Source: Lytechinus pictus (taxonomy: Eukaryota). Taken from it: a stretch of DNA of 64,000 nucleotides. Position 1 is the stretch's first letter, and each line of letters starts with the position of its first letter. The position numbers were made by a program, and so were the translations under genes. Where the stretch lies: NCBI RefSeq assembly GCF_037042905.1, contig NC_087251.1:36024001-36088000 (forward strand), written 5' to 3'. Below are positions 12,359-24,951 of this stretch, piece after piece. The notes under the pieces are model-generated. The model had not been told where the DNA came from, did not search any database, and saw nothing but the letters and a program-made list of their open reading frames with translations.

Positions 12359-12525
12359 AGCCTCCTCATATGGAGGGCAGCAACGAAGTATTCGGATCGC
12401 TACTCCTGGCGGTTCTGAGCTGGGCCTTCTTCTGGAAACTACCGGTACCCCAGGTCATGTTCACTGACTTCATCTCCTCCTCGAGGCTCAGTATGACTCC
12501 AGGTGGTTTTGGGTCTCCCTCTCTC
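12359..12525 (-). mobile_element. 3' end fragment of an RTE-clade LINE ORF, flanked by splice sites
   Basis: With frameshifts, the minus strand reads RGRPKTTW..T-LEEEMKSVNMTWGT-QKKAQ-NRQE*RS-FVAALH, the typical RTE C-terminus. It is bounded by tttttgactgtgtatttcag| and |gtaagt. Confidence 0.7.
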
Positions 12526-13219
12526 CTGAAATACACAGTCAAAAAGTGATAAACAGCTATTCATGAAAAAATCAGACTCTTAAAATGGTGGAAAAAATAA
12601 TGAATTTCGATTTTCGGCATTTCAAAATCTCATCAAAATCCTCAAATCGTGTGTAAAGTGATTGGTGCGCGCGCTGGCCACTATCATAATGTTATGTTAA
12701 ATCTGAAATTGAAAATCATAACTGGCTGAGTCTCAGATTTTTTCCAAGACCAAGAAAATCAGTTTCACATTCGATCACATATCTCTCTCATTTACTTATA
12801 ACAATATATGGAACAATATCAACTGAAAGATTTTGTGAAATAAAAAGAAATTCATGTTAAATCTTAACACAAATCGTAAGGTCAATATGATGTATGTGCG
12901 CAGACTTGCACCGGCATGGCAGCCACACATCCACGCCCGGCTAGTCGCGGCCGGCAGGCAGCGCTGAGGGGCAGTAACAGGATGTCCTGACAAACTCTAA
13001 CGTTACAGCTAGCCCCGCAGCTAGCTGCGAGCCGCGCCATTTAACAAACTACGAAAAGAAAATCATAGAAAATTGTTAACTTACCTGTAGAGCCTACTGC
13101 GAATGTCTTAGCTTTCAAGTCATTGTCCAAATCTGGTCCGTGTGATTTCAGTGGTTGAATTATTATTAAAACGGCCTTCTTTATCCTTCTTTATCGCACT
13201 AGCACTCGATAAAAGTGCG

Positions 13220-13370
13220 GTGCAAATTAACGGCGCGGCGAAGATGGCTCTTTCAAATTCAAATTAGATTGGCGGTTTGCGTTTGGCGGCGCTGGTTAAT
13301 TTGCATAATTATACGGACGATAGCGATCAGTGGCACTCAGTGCGCATGCGCAGGCCCGCCCGCGCCCGGT
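13220..13370 (-). promoter_or_regulatory. CpG-rich Pol II promoter-like motif cluster inside the CACTA element
   Basis: YY1-like AAGATGGC 13241-13248, CCAAT (ATTGG) 13268-13272, E2F-like TTTGGCGG 13282-13289, octamer ATTTGCAT 13299-13306, NRF1 palindrome TGCGCATGCGCA 13341-13352, GC box 13354-13361. A consensus minus-strand donor CAG|GTAAGT lies at 13085/13084. Confidence 0.65.
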
Positions 13371-14844
13371 GATTGAAGGAAGATCTGCTGAGTCAGGAAT
13401 AATGAAGGGGGGGGGGGGGGTCTAAAGCAAGAAAGAGGTTTTAAAATAGATATACGAACTTCTTAACATAAACATTTCTTCTTGTTTGGTTTTGGTTGGC
13501 AACCAGTCAAGAAATGACGATTTTTGCCTCTGCTTTTGGAGCTTTTTTTTTTCTTTGAAAGTTTAAGAATGAATTAGCTTAATATTTGTTCTTTATTTCT
13601 ATTTTATTTATTTTCTTTTTCTTTGAAAGATAAAGATAGCCTTGCTTAACATGGCAAGGTTGTAAACTAGCAATAAATATGCGCGTTATAAATAGAAAAA
13701 AATAGCTATTCTATTCACCTTCAAAAATATTTTTAAAATATCAGTGAGTTAAAAAAAGAAAAATACATTAATTTTTATATGATTTGTAAAAATAGTGTAA
13801 AATAGTCCTCTTTAACTTAAATTAGAAAAAAGGGATTAAATAGGAAGAAATTTTGTTCTCGCAACAAATATCTAGGATAACAATTTTTTTAATGTAAACT
13901 AGAAAATTTCACTGAAAATAACATGTTTCGATTTAAGTTATATGGTAATATCGAACCACATACTTTAATGAAACTTTTCAAGGTGGAAATATTAAAATTA
14001 ACATAAAGAATAATTAAGTTATAGTTATTATGTAGATATTTTTTTCCTCTTATCCTCAATCGAGCTGTGTATAGGATGGATAAATGCATGGCATTTATTG
14101 TGGTAAAAGGCTGAATTACATGAATTTGTACAGAGCAAAATTTCAGTAAACAAATAAGCAACAAAAAAATAACAAAGTATACTAATGTATAATATTGGAA
14201 AGGGGATACAAAAAGAAAAGTATACAGGGAGGGGGGGGGGGAGTAATGTCAAAAGCAGGAACGGACAAATGTTGGGAGTAGGCTAAATGTATATACCTTT
14301 AACATAATGAACATTTTCACATAAATATATATTTGACCAATGTTGAATGAATAACAATACATGTAGATTAAAGAGTGGATTGTATGAAATAATACTTGCT
14401 TTTTTTAAAGAAAAGTAACGCTTTGTTGATGGTAACAATAATAATAGTTATATAGGAAACACATTCATGAATGATAATCATAAAGAATTATCTCAAAAGG
14501 AATTAAAAACAAAGATAAGAGGACTTTGAAGTAATATGATCTGTACAAAAAAATATAAATATTAATGTAAAGTGGGTTACAGCTATATTGAGCCAGTGAC
14601 TTGTCGGATAAGAAATTTGAATGATTACTGCAGATATCAACAATTACAAAAATATTTCAAAAGTCAGTTACAGTTTAAGAGAAGCGACAAATAAAACAAC
14701 AAAGGTATGAAAACATAGTTCTTATATAATATATATATATATAAACTCTGTTGGAAATAAGTACAATGCATTACCACTATGCCTCTTATATACATATATA
14801 TATATGTATATATTATATATGTATATACAGGTTCTTACTAGAAT

Positions 14845-16070
14845 CAACTGGTAAGTCCTATTGGTTCTAACTGGTATCATTTGGTTTGATATTCCAGTAT
14901 GGTTAATGGGTTTCAAGTGGGTTATGCATGGGTGGCCTATGGGTTTCAACTGGTATAATCTGTTCCAGTTTGGTTTATGGGTTTTAACTGAAATCAGCTG
15001 GTAGATATATACTGGTAATGCTTATTGGTTCTAACTGGTATCAATTGGTTTGATATTCCAGTATGGTAAATGGGTTTCAAGTGGGTTATGGGAGGTCTAT
15101 GGGTTCCAACTGGTAAAATATGTCCCAATTTAATTGATTTATGGGTTTTAACTGGAATCAACTGGTAGTATACCAGTAATGTATGTTGATTTTAACTGGT
15201 ATCAATTGGTTTGATATTCCAGTATGGTTAATGGGTTTCAAGTGGGTTATGGGAGGTCTATGGGTTCCAACTGATAAAATATGTTCCAGTTTGGTTTATG
15301 GGTTTTAACTGGAATCAACTGGTAGTATACCAGTAATGTATGCTGGTTTAACTGGTATCAATTGGTTTGAAATTCCAGTATGGTTAATGGATTTCAAGTG
15401 GGTTATGGGAGGTCTATGGGTTCCAACTGGTATAATCTGCTCCAGTATGGTTTATGGCTTTTAACTGGAATCAGCTGGTAGATATGCCAGTATAATGCCT
15501 ATATTGGTTCTAACTGGTATCCATTGGTTTGATATTCCAGTATGGTTAATGGGTTTCAAGTGGGGTTATGGGAGGTCTATGGGTTCCAACTGGAACACTC
15601 TGATCCAGTTTGGTTTATGGGTTTTAACTGGAATCAACTGGTAGGTATACCAGTAATGCATGTTGGTTCTAACTGGTATCAATTGGTTTAATGATATACC
15701 AGTATGGTTTATGGGTTTAAGGTGGCATTAACTGGTATATACACCTATTGGGTTTCTATGGGTTCCAACTGGCATCAAATGGTCCAGTTTGGCTAATGGG
15801 TTTTAAACTGGAATCTATTGGTAGATAAACCAGAAAGGCCTATTGGTTTTAACTGGTATTAACTGGTGTACTAATTTATACCAGTATAGTTAATTGGTTT
15901 CAACTGGAATAAACTTGTATGTTTTCAGCATGTCCAGTTGGGACAATGGGTTTCAACTGGAATATACTGGCATGGTGGGAGTTTACCAGTTGTGCCAATT
16001 GGTTTCAACTGGTACCAGTTGACTCCAGTTGAAACCAGTTAAAATTTCAACTGGTTTCAACTGGTTTTTT
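14845..16070. repeat. Right subterminal repeat array, ~160-bp units
   Basis: TGGTTTGATATTCCAGTATGG recurs near 14882, 15046, 15207, 15363, 15526 and (diverged) 15683. Confidence 0.95.
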
Positions 16071-16544
16071 TACCTGGGAAGAAATGAGGACATTGAGGTT
16101 AACTTCTTATAGCTGCAGGCCAACTATGTTCACGAATGTATGCCTCCGTTGCTCTCATTATTACCATAGCCTAAATGTGGCAACCTAAAAGGGGTCTTCT
16201 ATTTCATAAGCGTGCTCCCATTCCCGGCTTCATCATTTAGAAAGTATGTCGACTGAGACAATGTTCAATTCAACACGGCCTACTTATCATGCACGGTGTG
16301 GTTGTTGATGTTTTCAGATTCGGATACAGGTAGCTGCCAGGTATTTGACCTACCTGAGGGCAAGAGGACATGAAAGTTCATACGGTCTTTTTTAACATTA
16401 ATATCATTGAACATTTGATTTAGGGATTGGGCTCAGCAGAGCATATTGACTGATTCATTTTTGATTAAAATTGTGTAGTGGTCTTTCCATTTATAGGCCA
16501 GAAGGTATTCATATTATCACCACCCTCCCCTCCTTCAATAGATA

Positions 16545-16985
16545 GACACCGTTCTCACTACCATCCTAAAACTAGTTTAACGTGTAATGAGAAGTTGAAT
16601 TGAGAACGGTCGAGGCGGTCTTGGAAGCGATCTTCCAATCCGGTTCAGAAAACCACCTCGCGATGTAGTTTTGAAGATCGCTTTGCCGTGTTACTGGTTT
16701 TAGCATAAGTGAGGACACATGCAACCGTTCTTCAGGAAGCGATCTTCGCACATTTCGAGCGCGCTACACCACACACTGTATGTGAAATGCCTATGCTGCC
16801 GTTTTAAAATTTCGTGCGAAACATGTCACCCACCCCACTGAGAGTGTTCCCATAGCAACAAGACCGTTTTACGTGAAGTGGTTTTGAAAACTACTTTCGG
16901 GTGATCAAATGGGAACGTTAGCAAAGCGATCTTCCAAACTGGTTTCTAGTAAACCAGTTTTAGAAAGCATAATGAGAACGGTGTC
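16545..16985. mobile_element. MITE, probably PIF/Harbinger-like
   Basis: TIRs GACACCGTTCTCA / TGAGAACGGTGTC. A diverged relative lies at ~36121-36486. Confidence 0.75.
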
Positions 16986-17435
16986 CTAGAAAAATGAACA
17001 TCCTGACGATTGGATTATCCAGGGAAATCGTGTTGTCTGTATACCCAAAACAGTACACGCAATAATATAAATATATTTGGAAAGAAAAAATCATGACCCA
17101 TTTGAAATTTTTAAATTTGCTGTGTAACCTCTGAACATTCAGGCTTAATTCATCATGCTATGTTTGCTAACTCTCTTCAATACCAATTAAAAAAAAATGA
17201 ATAGGACTGGAGGTAAAAACACTTAAAAGAACTGTTATAATGAATTGGTCTGGATAATGAACAGTGATTGTGTTCCCACGACCAGGGAAAGTCATGGCAA
17301 CATCAGATAATGTAGCACTATGGCAGTGTGAATGGGGCTCTATTCGACTCCAGACCCACCAAAGCTATTACGTTATTATCAATGGAATAATGCCGGTCGG
17401 TTTGGAGTCGGTTCAGTTGGTATGACTGTAACATA

Positions 17436-17525
17436 ATTTATTTATTTATTTTGTTTTGTTTACCCAGGGTAACCCCATCAGTGGACTAAACACTGTTTTT
17501 CTTGGGGGCCCTGCATACAAGTAAC
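17436..17525 (-). mobile_element. Probable CR1/L2 LINE 3' end
   Basis: (TTTA)n tail followed by TTTACCCAGGGTAACCCCATCAG...GGGGCCCTGC, resembling a LINE 3' UTR. Confidence 0.4.
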
Positions 17526-17973
17526 AAATACATACATATAACAAGTACAAATATCAATGAAAAAGTATTGATTTCTAATTCGATTATGAAATCCACATAG
17601 TCTTTTCCTTTAAAAAAATAAAAAATAGGGCAGTCAATACAAGATCATAGGCAGCAAAATATGGCTTTATTCCTTTGAATTTGATGATATAGAAATGACG
17701 AACTATAAATTGATATTCTATATAATCGTTGTGTGGTTGATTGCCATCAATTGCCATTTGTGATTTATATGAGGTTGTTTATGGCATTTTATTTTTAGAT
17801 TCCTGTGAATCCTTCCTTCACACTCTCCATACCAAATAATTGAAGGATGTTTAATAGTTCATAGTCCTCAACGTGACCCACATAGCAGAATAATGGTAAA
17901 AATTGTTGGAAAATGAAAATAAAATATCCAAGCCAGAGATAAGTTTTGCAATATTGTCCATATGGTATACTAT

Positions 17974-18350
17974 TATGCTTTTCACACTGTACTTTTTTTC
18001 CTTAACCCCGGGAAATTGGTGGGGCTAAGGGGGGGCCTTAGCCCCACCAATTTCCCGGGGTTAAGCTTAGCCCACTTCGTTTTCACACTACGTTTTAGCA
18101 AAGTGGGCTAGCACGGTAAATATACGGTACTATCTGGCCCTGCAAAAAAGCAGGGTTAGCCGGCTTGTTGCGGTGCTAGCACCACAATTGCGGTGCTAAG
18201 AGATGCAGTGTGAAACGAAAAGTGGGGCTAAGCAATAGCCAATCACAGAAGTCGAAATTGCACATTAATCACGCTCTGTATGGTAAAATCATCAATGTTA
18301 ATGAGCTGTGGGATAGTATGGGGTTAAGGAAATGCAGTGTGAAAAGCATA
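17974..18350. mobile_element. Harbinger-like MITE
   Basis: TIRs TATGCTTTTCACACTG / CAGTGTGAAAAGCATA with 3-bp TAT flanks; internal hairpin CCCCGGGAAATTGGTGGGGCTAAGG..CCTTAGCCCCACCAATTTCCCGGGG. Confidence 0.85.
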
Positions 18351-19087
18351 TATGTTTGTGCATATTGAATACTACTTGGTTCAAAATAAATGTGATATTT
18401 TATTATGAACAAATTTGTTAATTAAACATTGCAGAAGCATTAACATTGTAGTGAATTGGAATTTTCCAGTGCTCTTTAGAGCTTTTCACGGATAAAATAG
18501 CCCCAAACCTGTGTAATTTTCTCTGATATTTATTGAATTAAGATTACAAACAAAACAAAGAAGGCAATCATTCAAAAGTTAATTTGTCATCAGCCATTAT
18601 TTCTCTCCTTTTCTGTTATGTAATTGAACTTTGAATGTCTCTTTGGATATTTAGGAAAAGAGAACATTTTAAACGTTTTACGGTGAAAAAATGGAATAGC
18701 CCATTTTTTGTGTAGGAGTGAAGAAGGTTATATCCCTGATATCCCAATCTTAAGGAAATTCTCCATTGGGCATGAACTAAGATAGCGATATATAGATCAA
18801 TGATATTCATTTGCATGAACGTGGGTGAAGTATTTACTGCCTCAATTATTATAAAACACCAAGAAGGCCTTCCATGAAGGTCTGTTTGCCACGTTTTTTT
18901 TAAAGAGCATGTGAAGGACAAGATGTGACCTATAATACGTGCTTGTGTAATAGACATGATACTTCTATGAAGCTGAAGTACGCATATACTGTTGTACTTT
19001 GTCTTATTTGATATTGAACTGGCCTGATCGGTCAATATAAAGAAATATATCATGAAAGCTGCTAATGTGTCTGATTAGCACTCTAAT

Positions 19088-19269
19088 GGAGGGTTGCAAG
19101 AAACATGCAGTCAATCGCAAGCCCATTTTTGGTCCCCATATCAACCATAAGACTTGTGCTTCTTGTATCAACAAGCATATTGATTTGCTTAAGATGAATT
19201 TAACCTATCACTCGTAAATATGCAACTGAAATTTGCAATTGATTGCAAAAACTTTCTTGCAGAACTCCC
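19088..19269. mobile_element. Short diverged MITE
   Basis: Imperfect TIRs GGAGGGTTGCAAGAAA..CAATCGCAA / TTGCAATTGATTGC..TTTCTTGCAGAACTCC. Confidence 0.6.
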
Positions 19270-19953
19270 TCAGACAATAACCTAGTCCTAGTAAATAAAA
19301 CATAAAAACATATCCAGTGAATTAGAAATGTATGTTAAAGCTGCCACTTTGTCAGATTGGCACTCTTAAATGATAAACAGTGTAAAAACATACTAATTAA
19401 TTGAAGTGCTAGTAAGATTTGTCAATCGTGACATACCCAAGATGAAAGAACTTATAATTTACAGTCATAAGAAATAATTACAATTTTTATTTTTAGTGAG
19501 TTTCAATGCTATTTACTGGACCTATCCAGTAAACTAGCTAGGAAACATACTTATTTTTTTCCACATTTGTAAACTGCTGCGAGCTGTATTGCACTTGTTG
19601 CTCTGATATCGATTATATCGCTTATGCAACAGGTCTTTTTTATTTCTGTCATTCAAAATCTGTTCTACTATTTTGTATTTTTACTTCTAACTTTGCCTTC
19701 GTCAGGTCAATGTGTTTCTTATGAATAATCTATTCTTACTTTATTCTTTGATTTTATATTGTCTCTTTCTCTTTTGTTTTTCATAATATTTTCATTTCAT
19801 TTTTATCTCATTACACTGTATTTTCTTTTTAATTAATTGCCAATACAAATTCTATCTCTTTATACTACAGTCTAGTTTAATTTTCTGATAGGGGGAGATC
19901 AGTATTTCCCTGGTAGGAAATATTCAAGACCACATACATTTACAGGGCTCTGG

Positions 19954-20390
19954 CCCGGGGGGGAGGGCACTTCTATTGATGAGTGGATACCAGGCACGTC
20001 CATGGAGTTTCGAAAAGCATCCTAAACAAGTATTATCCATATTTTTTTTAAACCCTGCCCTTAACAAGTATTGGTAACAAAAAATGGTACCCTTGACAAG
20101 TATTCCCTGAATCGACCCCCTAAACAAGTACAGCAATATTTTAATTGTTATGTCACTGTGTCACAGACGTCAGCTTTACCTTTACTTTACATTGGGTTTC
20201 GTACCGCCCCACCTCCCACACCTCGCTCAAATCAGACTCTATAAACACGGAGTGTTGGGGCAAAAAGTACATCTTTTATAAAGCATTTTAGTATTTTTTT
20301 TTACCCTCGCAAATTTGACCGTAAACACGTAGCTTTCCTAGCGAAATATATACCCTTTTTTCATTATTTTAGTGTTTTTGACGCCCTTAT
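19954..20390. mobile_element. Truncated copy of the CCCGGGGG-terminal element family
   Basis: CCCGGGGGGGAGGGCACTTCTATTGATGAGTGGATACC start, collinear with the full copy at 54986-55526. Confidence 0.8.
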
Positions 20391-20404
20391 TTTGTTCTGT
20401 ATGT

Positions 20405-21420
20405 AATCTTAACCAAGGTAAAGTTTTTGAAATTCCATCTAACTTAAAAAGTATATGATGATGATGATGCACAGCATTTGTATAGCGCCATATAATCTGT
20501 CAAAGATATTCAAAGGCGCTTTTCTTGAGGAGCCACCCAATCTTGGCCGCCTAGAAGGGCTCGCACACAGAACTATGACCCGCAGGTCTCTCCTCCCTAT
20601 ATGGACCTAGTTCATGAAACTTGGACATAAGGGTAATCAAGTATTACTGAACATCCTGCCTGAGTTTCAGGTCATATGACCAAGGTCAAAGGTCATTTAG
20701 GGTCAATGAACTAGACCATGTTTGGGAAACAATACCAAAATCTTAACCAATGTTAGGCCTTTGAAATGTTGTCATAACTTAGAAAGTGTATGGACCTAGT
20801 TCATAAAACTTAGACATATTGGGGTGATAGTGTATCACTGCAGATCCTGCCTGAGTTTCAGGTCACATGACCAAGGTCAAAGGTCACTTAAGGTCAACAA
20901 TCTTTGACCATTTTGGGGGTATTTGTGGAATTGTCATCATAACTTTGAAATTTTATGGATTTAGTTCATGAAACTTACACAGAGCAATTAAGTACCCCTG
21001 AACATCCTGTGCAAGTTTTGGATCTTATGACCAAGGTCAAAGGTCATTTAGGGTCAACGAACTTTGATAATGTTGGGGGTATTTGTGAAATTGTCATCAT
21101 AACTTTTATGGATCTACATGTAGTTCATGAAACTTAGACTTGCGAGTGACTACGTATCCCTGAATATTGTTTGCGCGTTTCAGGAAACATGACCAAGATC
21201 AAACGTCATTTAGGGTCAATGAACTTTGGCCGTGTTGGTATTTGTTGAATTGGCATAACTTAAAAAGTTTATGGATCTACAAATGTAGTTCATGAAACAT
21301 AGACATAAGGATAATCAAGTATGTTTAATTTGCACACATCTAATAGGTCACATGATCATGGTCAAAGGTCATGTTGGGTCAATGGACTTGGTATTTTAAT
21401 ATTTTCAATGCATTTTTATG
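20405..21420. repeat. Array of ~160-190-bp GACCAAGGTCAAAGGTCA units (Helentron/HINE-like), interrupted by a SINE/LINE tail at ~20455-20595
   Basis: Five recurrences of the AGGTCAAAGGTCATTTAGGGTCAA motif, each with TAGTTCATGAAACTT. A second array lies at ~40930-41670. Confidence 0.7.
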
Positions 21421-22084
21421 TAAAAAAACGCTTTTATAATTTATATCTTTAATAAACAAGAAACTTTATGTTTGAGGGTATTTAACTCTATGGATTGATC
21501 AGAAATCCGCTTTATTCAGCACTCAGAATCTTGGTGTAGGGGATTTTGGGGATGAAATTTGAGAAGTTCTCCACTGAGCTTTCATATTGGCCTTTTCGCC
21601 TGCGAACTTTGCCGGGGAAGTTCTCCTGTGTACCTTTCGCACTGGACACTATCCCCTTTGCTGGCGAAGTTTACCAGGGAAAAGTGCAGTATGATAAGGG
21701 GTATAATTTGTTGTTAATTCATGAAAAAACCTGAATGGAAGGGACCAACCTCTGTCATTGAGTTTTAATTGTGTTTTAACCTGTCGTACTTGGTGCTTTT
21801 AACCTGTAAGTATGATAGACCTTGTCCTTTCCCTGACCCTTTACAATATCCCCCTCCTCCTTCTTCATGAATGGGATTAGAAAGTCCCTCTGGTACATCT
21901 GTATTGATCGACTTTCCTTTGCATCAAAGCTTTTTGTGTCTCCTCCCAATTTTCTCTTTGTTTGCATGCATGACTATTAGTACCTTCTTTTCAGCAGGTA
22001 CTTGTGTAAATTTATAGTATTCTTTCATATTAACACATTTTTTTTTTCTGTTTATCTGTCTCTTTTGATGGTTGGCAAGTTACC

Positions 22085-22470
22085 TCTTCAATCTCTCATC
22101 TTGTCTTTTTTCTCTCTCTTTCTCTCCCTGCCTTTTTCTCCTCAGTTTCTTTTACTTTCCATTTCACTGTCTTCCCCCCTCCTCTCCCCCTTCCTCTTTC
22201 TATTCTAGAACTTCTTTCACTTTCCATTAATTCCATCCACCTATCCCTTGCCCTTTCCCAATATTTGTCTCACGTTTATTTTTTTTCCACCTTATTCTCT
22301 TTCCTTCTCTTTCTCTCCTTTAATCTTTCTCATTCTCTCTCTCTCTATTTACTTTCACCTTTCTCTCCTTTTCCTTCCTTTTCTCCTTTTTTCCCCTCTC
22401 GCTTCATTACCTCCAACATTCTTTCCCCCTCTCTCTCTTTCCCTTTCCCCCTTCTCTTTCTCTGTCTCGC
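22085..22470 (+). repeat. CT-rich low-complexity polypyrimidine tract
   Basis: Almost exclusively C/T over ~380 nt. Confidence 0.9.
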
Positions 22471-24951
22471 GTGATGTCAAACATTGAATAATTGATCTGT
22501 CAATGCTTCCCTTTCTCCTTCCATCATAATCCTTCTCTCCTTCAAATGACTACCTTTGGATGGACGGCGGCGAGAGAAGGAAGGTGAACCGGTTCTCTAT
22601 CATATCGTATTGACTCACTTGCTGGCCCGTATGATACAATTCTCTCCGCCGTGATCCAGTGTGAGGACTCAACTGTATCTGCGCAGCCCAGTTTTCCACC
22701 ACCTTGATCTTCTTTCCACCCTTCTGCCCTACATTCTCCCCTATCTGAAATTGACCAAGCCCCATCCATCGTCTTCTTTCCTCATCATTCCCTGTCTGCC
22801 CAAGTGAAGAAACACACACACTAAAAAGTGCCCTGACACTGCCATCGCTATTAACCCTAAATGCTTTGAATCATATTAGAGTCAGTAACATTATAGTCGT
22901 GCGCCCCATATGGCATGCCTGACATGCGCTTTCTGAATTATTTTCCTCCAACCAGTTTACTAGGCCATGAACTAGTTTAATTTTTTTTTTGTAGGACAAT
23001 AATAGGGTATGCCCCGCTTTTGGGGAAGAGAAGAAATGTCATTGTGCCAGTGATGACTTCAAAAATTCCTCACTTGGAATTTGGAAATATATTATATCGG
23101 CACAACATGAAATTCTAAATCTTATAACTAATATCTAGGAAAAACACAATGTTGGTTAGACTATAAACATATTTGCTTGTGATTAACTGCTGATATTTTT
23201 CCTAATTATTTTATGCACAGTGTGCCTCATATAAAAAAAACTAGTTACCAGTTAATAACAAGGTAAACATACCATACTTATCATTGTATCAATATTCACA
23301 CAAACCACGTCTTTGTTAAGTACATAATCAGCTGGTTGTGTGAGTTATGAATAAAGCTAATGCCCTTATTGTGTTTTGGAATGTAGTCATTACTGCCGAG
23401 TGCATTTTTGTTCCTGTGATTTCCCTCTCTACTGTAAAAGCTGCACACCCCTATACTTTATTTGGGTTAGACTTGTTGATGTCATGTCTAAAAAGAAATA
23501 ACCAATTCCCTTCAACCAAAATGGGATGGCTCTGTATTTACCTGTCCCTTTGTGCAAATAGATGTTGCACGCCCCTCTAGAAAGTAGAATAGCCCATCCT
23601 AATCAACCAATCAGAAGCGAGGATTGACGAGTGGTTGGTGGATAGAGTGTGTGCATTGACTACCGTAGTAACAAGCTGTAGACGAATCAGGAGAAGGATG
23701 ACTTTGGGGTTACTCTTTAAGCATTGGTCACCAGCTTCTTTCCATAGTCAGTCGGGCAGTCAGCCACTCAGGGAGTCGTAGTGCACATAGTCCCTTCATG
23801 GACTAGTAGTGTAGTCATATAGGCATGGATCCACGGTATAGGTGAACGCATGCAAGGCTGGCGAAGGAACTTGTTGTATTTTCCGAACAGTACACATTTA
23901 GAGAGCTCTTTTATGCTAGGATTTACTCATTGCAATTTGGCAAGACTGTCTGTCAGAATCTCACAGCTTTGTCATCAAACGACTGATTAGCTGCGCTATG
24001 ATGCTTGGATTTGTACTGCTTGCTAGTCTAAATTCACGGTGAAAACATACTTCTCTTGCTTTCGACAGTATACAAGGGTACCATGCACAGTAGGGCCCTG
24101 TTTTACCTATAACTGATGGAAATCTGGATAAAGCGGGGTCCATGGGATTCTTGAGAATATCAAATCAACTGGTTAAAATAAGGAATCTTGAGAAAACAAT
24201 AGTTCAGACGAAAAATAATCACTTGAGCTCTACAATGATCATAGATTTTAATGCGATCCTCGATTCTATCTCTTGCAAAGTAAACCTAAAGATCAATCTC
24301 TACTTTGCAGATGATTTGCAATCTATCACAACTCTACCGTCCTAAAATAGTAGAATATGGAGAATAATTTTTTTTTTTACCTGGGGGGGGGGGGGGGGGT
24401 CAACCCCATGATACTGAATTTCCTCTGTACACAAAATTTCAAATAGAGCTCAATTTTTTATAGTGATCCACGGTTGGGGGGGGGTTGGTGTATTTTTATA
24501 ATATTACAAGCTTAATAAAGAGTTACATAGCTACCTGGATATTCTCCTCTTATCTTTTTCATTGCAAGAAAAATGGGGGGGGGGGAGCAGTTAACCCCCC
24601 CCCCCCATAGCGTGACCTCTGCCTTTGGTTACAACAAGGATTATAAGCCATATCCTCAAGGAGAAGCCCCCTGTTGAATACTTATATGTGACTCTATCAT
24701 TTTCAGCAACCAAAAAAAGGTTTAAAATAAATCAGATCACATGCATTTAATAATGTAAAAAAATAAGAATATACCCCGAGATTGACATCCCTTCCCCTGA
24801 AATAAATAGGAAAATCAAATTCATAGATAGATAAGAAGATAAATGAGTCAATCAGAAAATGAGTAAGATAATTAAATAATTAAAACCAGAAAATGAAAGA
24901 TTAAAAATAGATTATGAACCCCCCACCCCCATAAATCAAATAATAAATGTA

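Larger units (their letters stand above)
7925..16078. mobile_element. 8154-bp non-autonomous CACTA/EnSpm (CMC)-type DNA transposon with internal cargo
   Basis: TIRs CCCAGGTCAAAAAACCAGTT / AACTGGTTTTTTTACCTGGG (19/20), 2-bp AA TSD, and extensive AACTGG/CCAGTT subterminal repeats at both ends. No transposase ORF seen. Confidence 0.85.

Noticed and set aside
13600..14720. L1/Tx1 remnant or transposase relic within the CACTA cargo
   Set aside because: Only vague short motif resemblances on conflicting strands, too degraded to call.
18616..19053. Longest ORF in the window (145 aa, minus strand)
   Set aside because: No recognisable motifs, composition typical of AT-rich non-coding DNA, and no convincing splice or promoter context.
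22002..22487. Hydrophobic Leu/Ser/Phe-rich ORFs (also 46821-47009 and 48428-48723)
   Set aside because: Artefacts of CT-rich low-complexity sequence.
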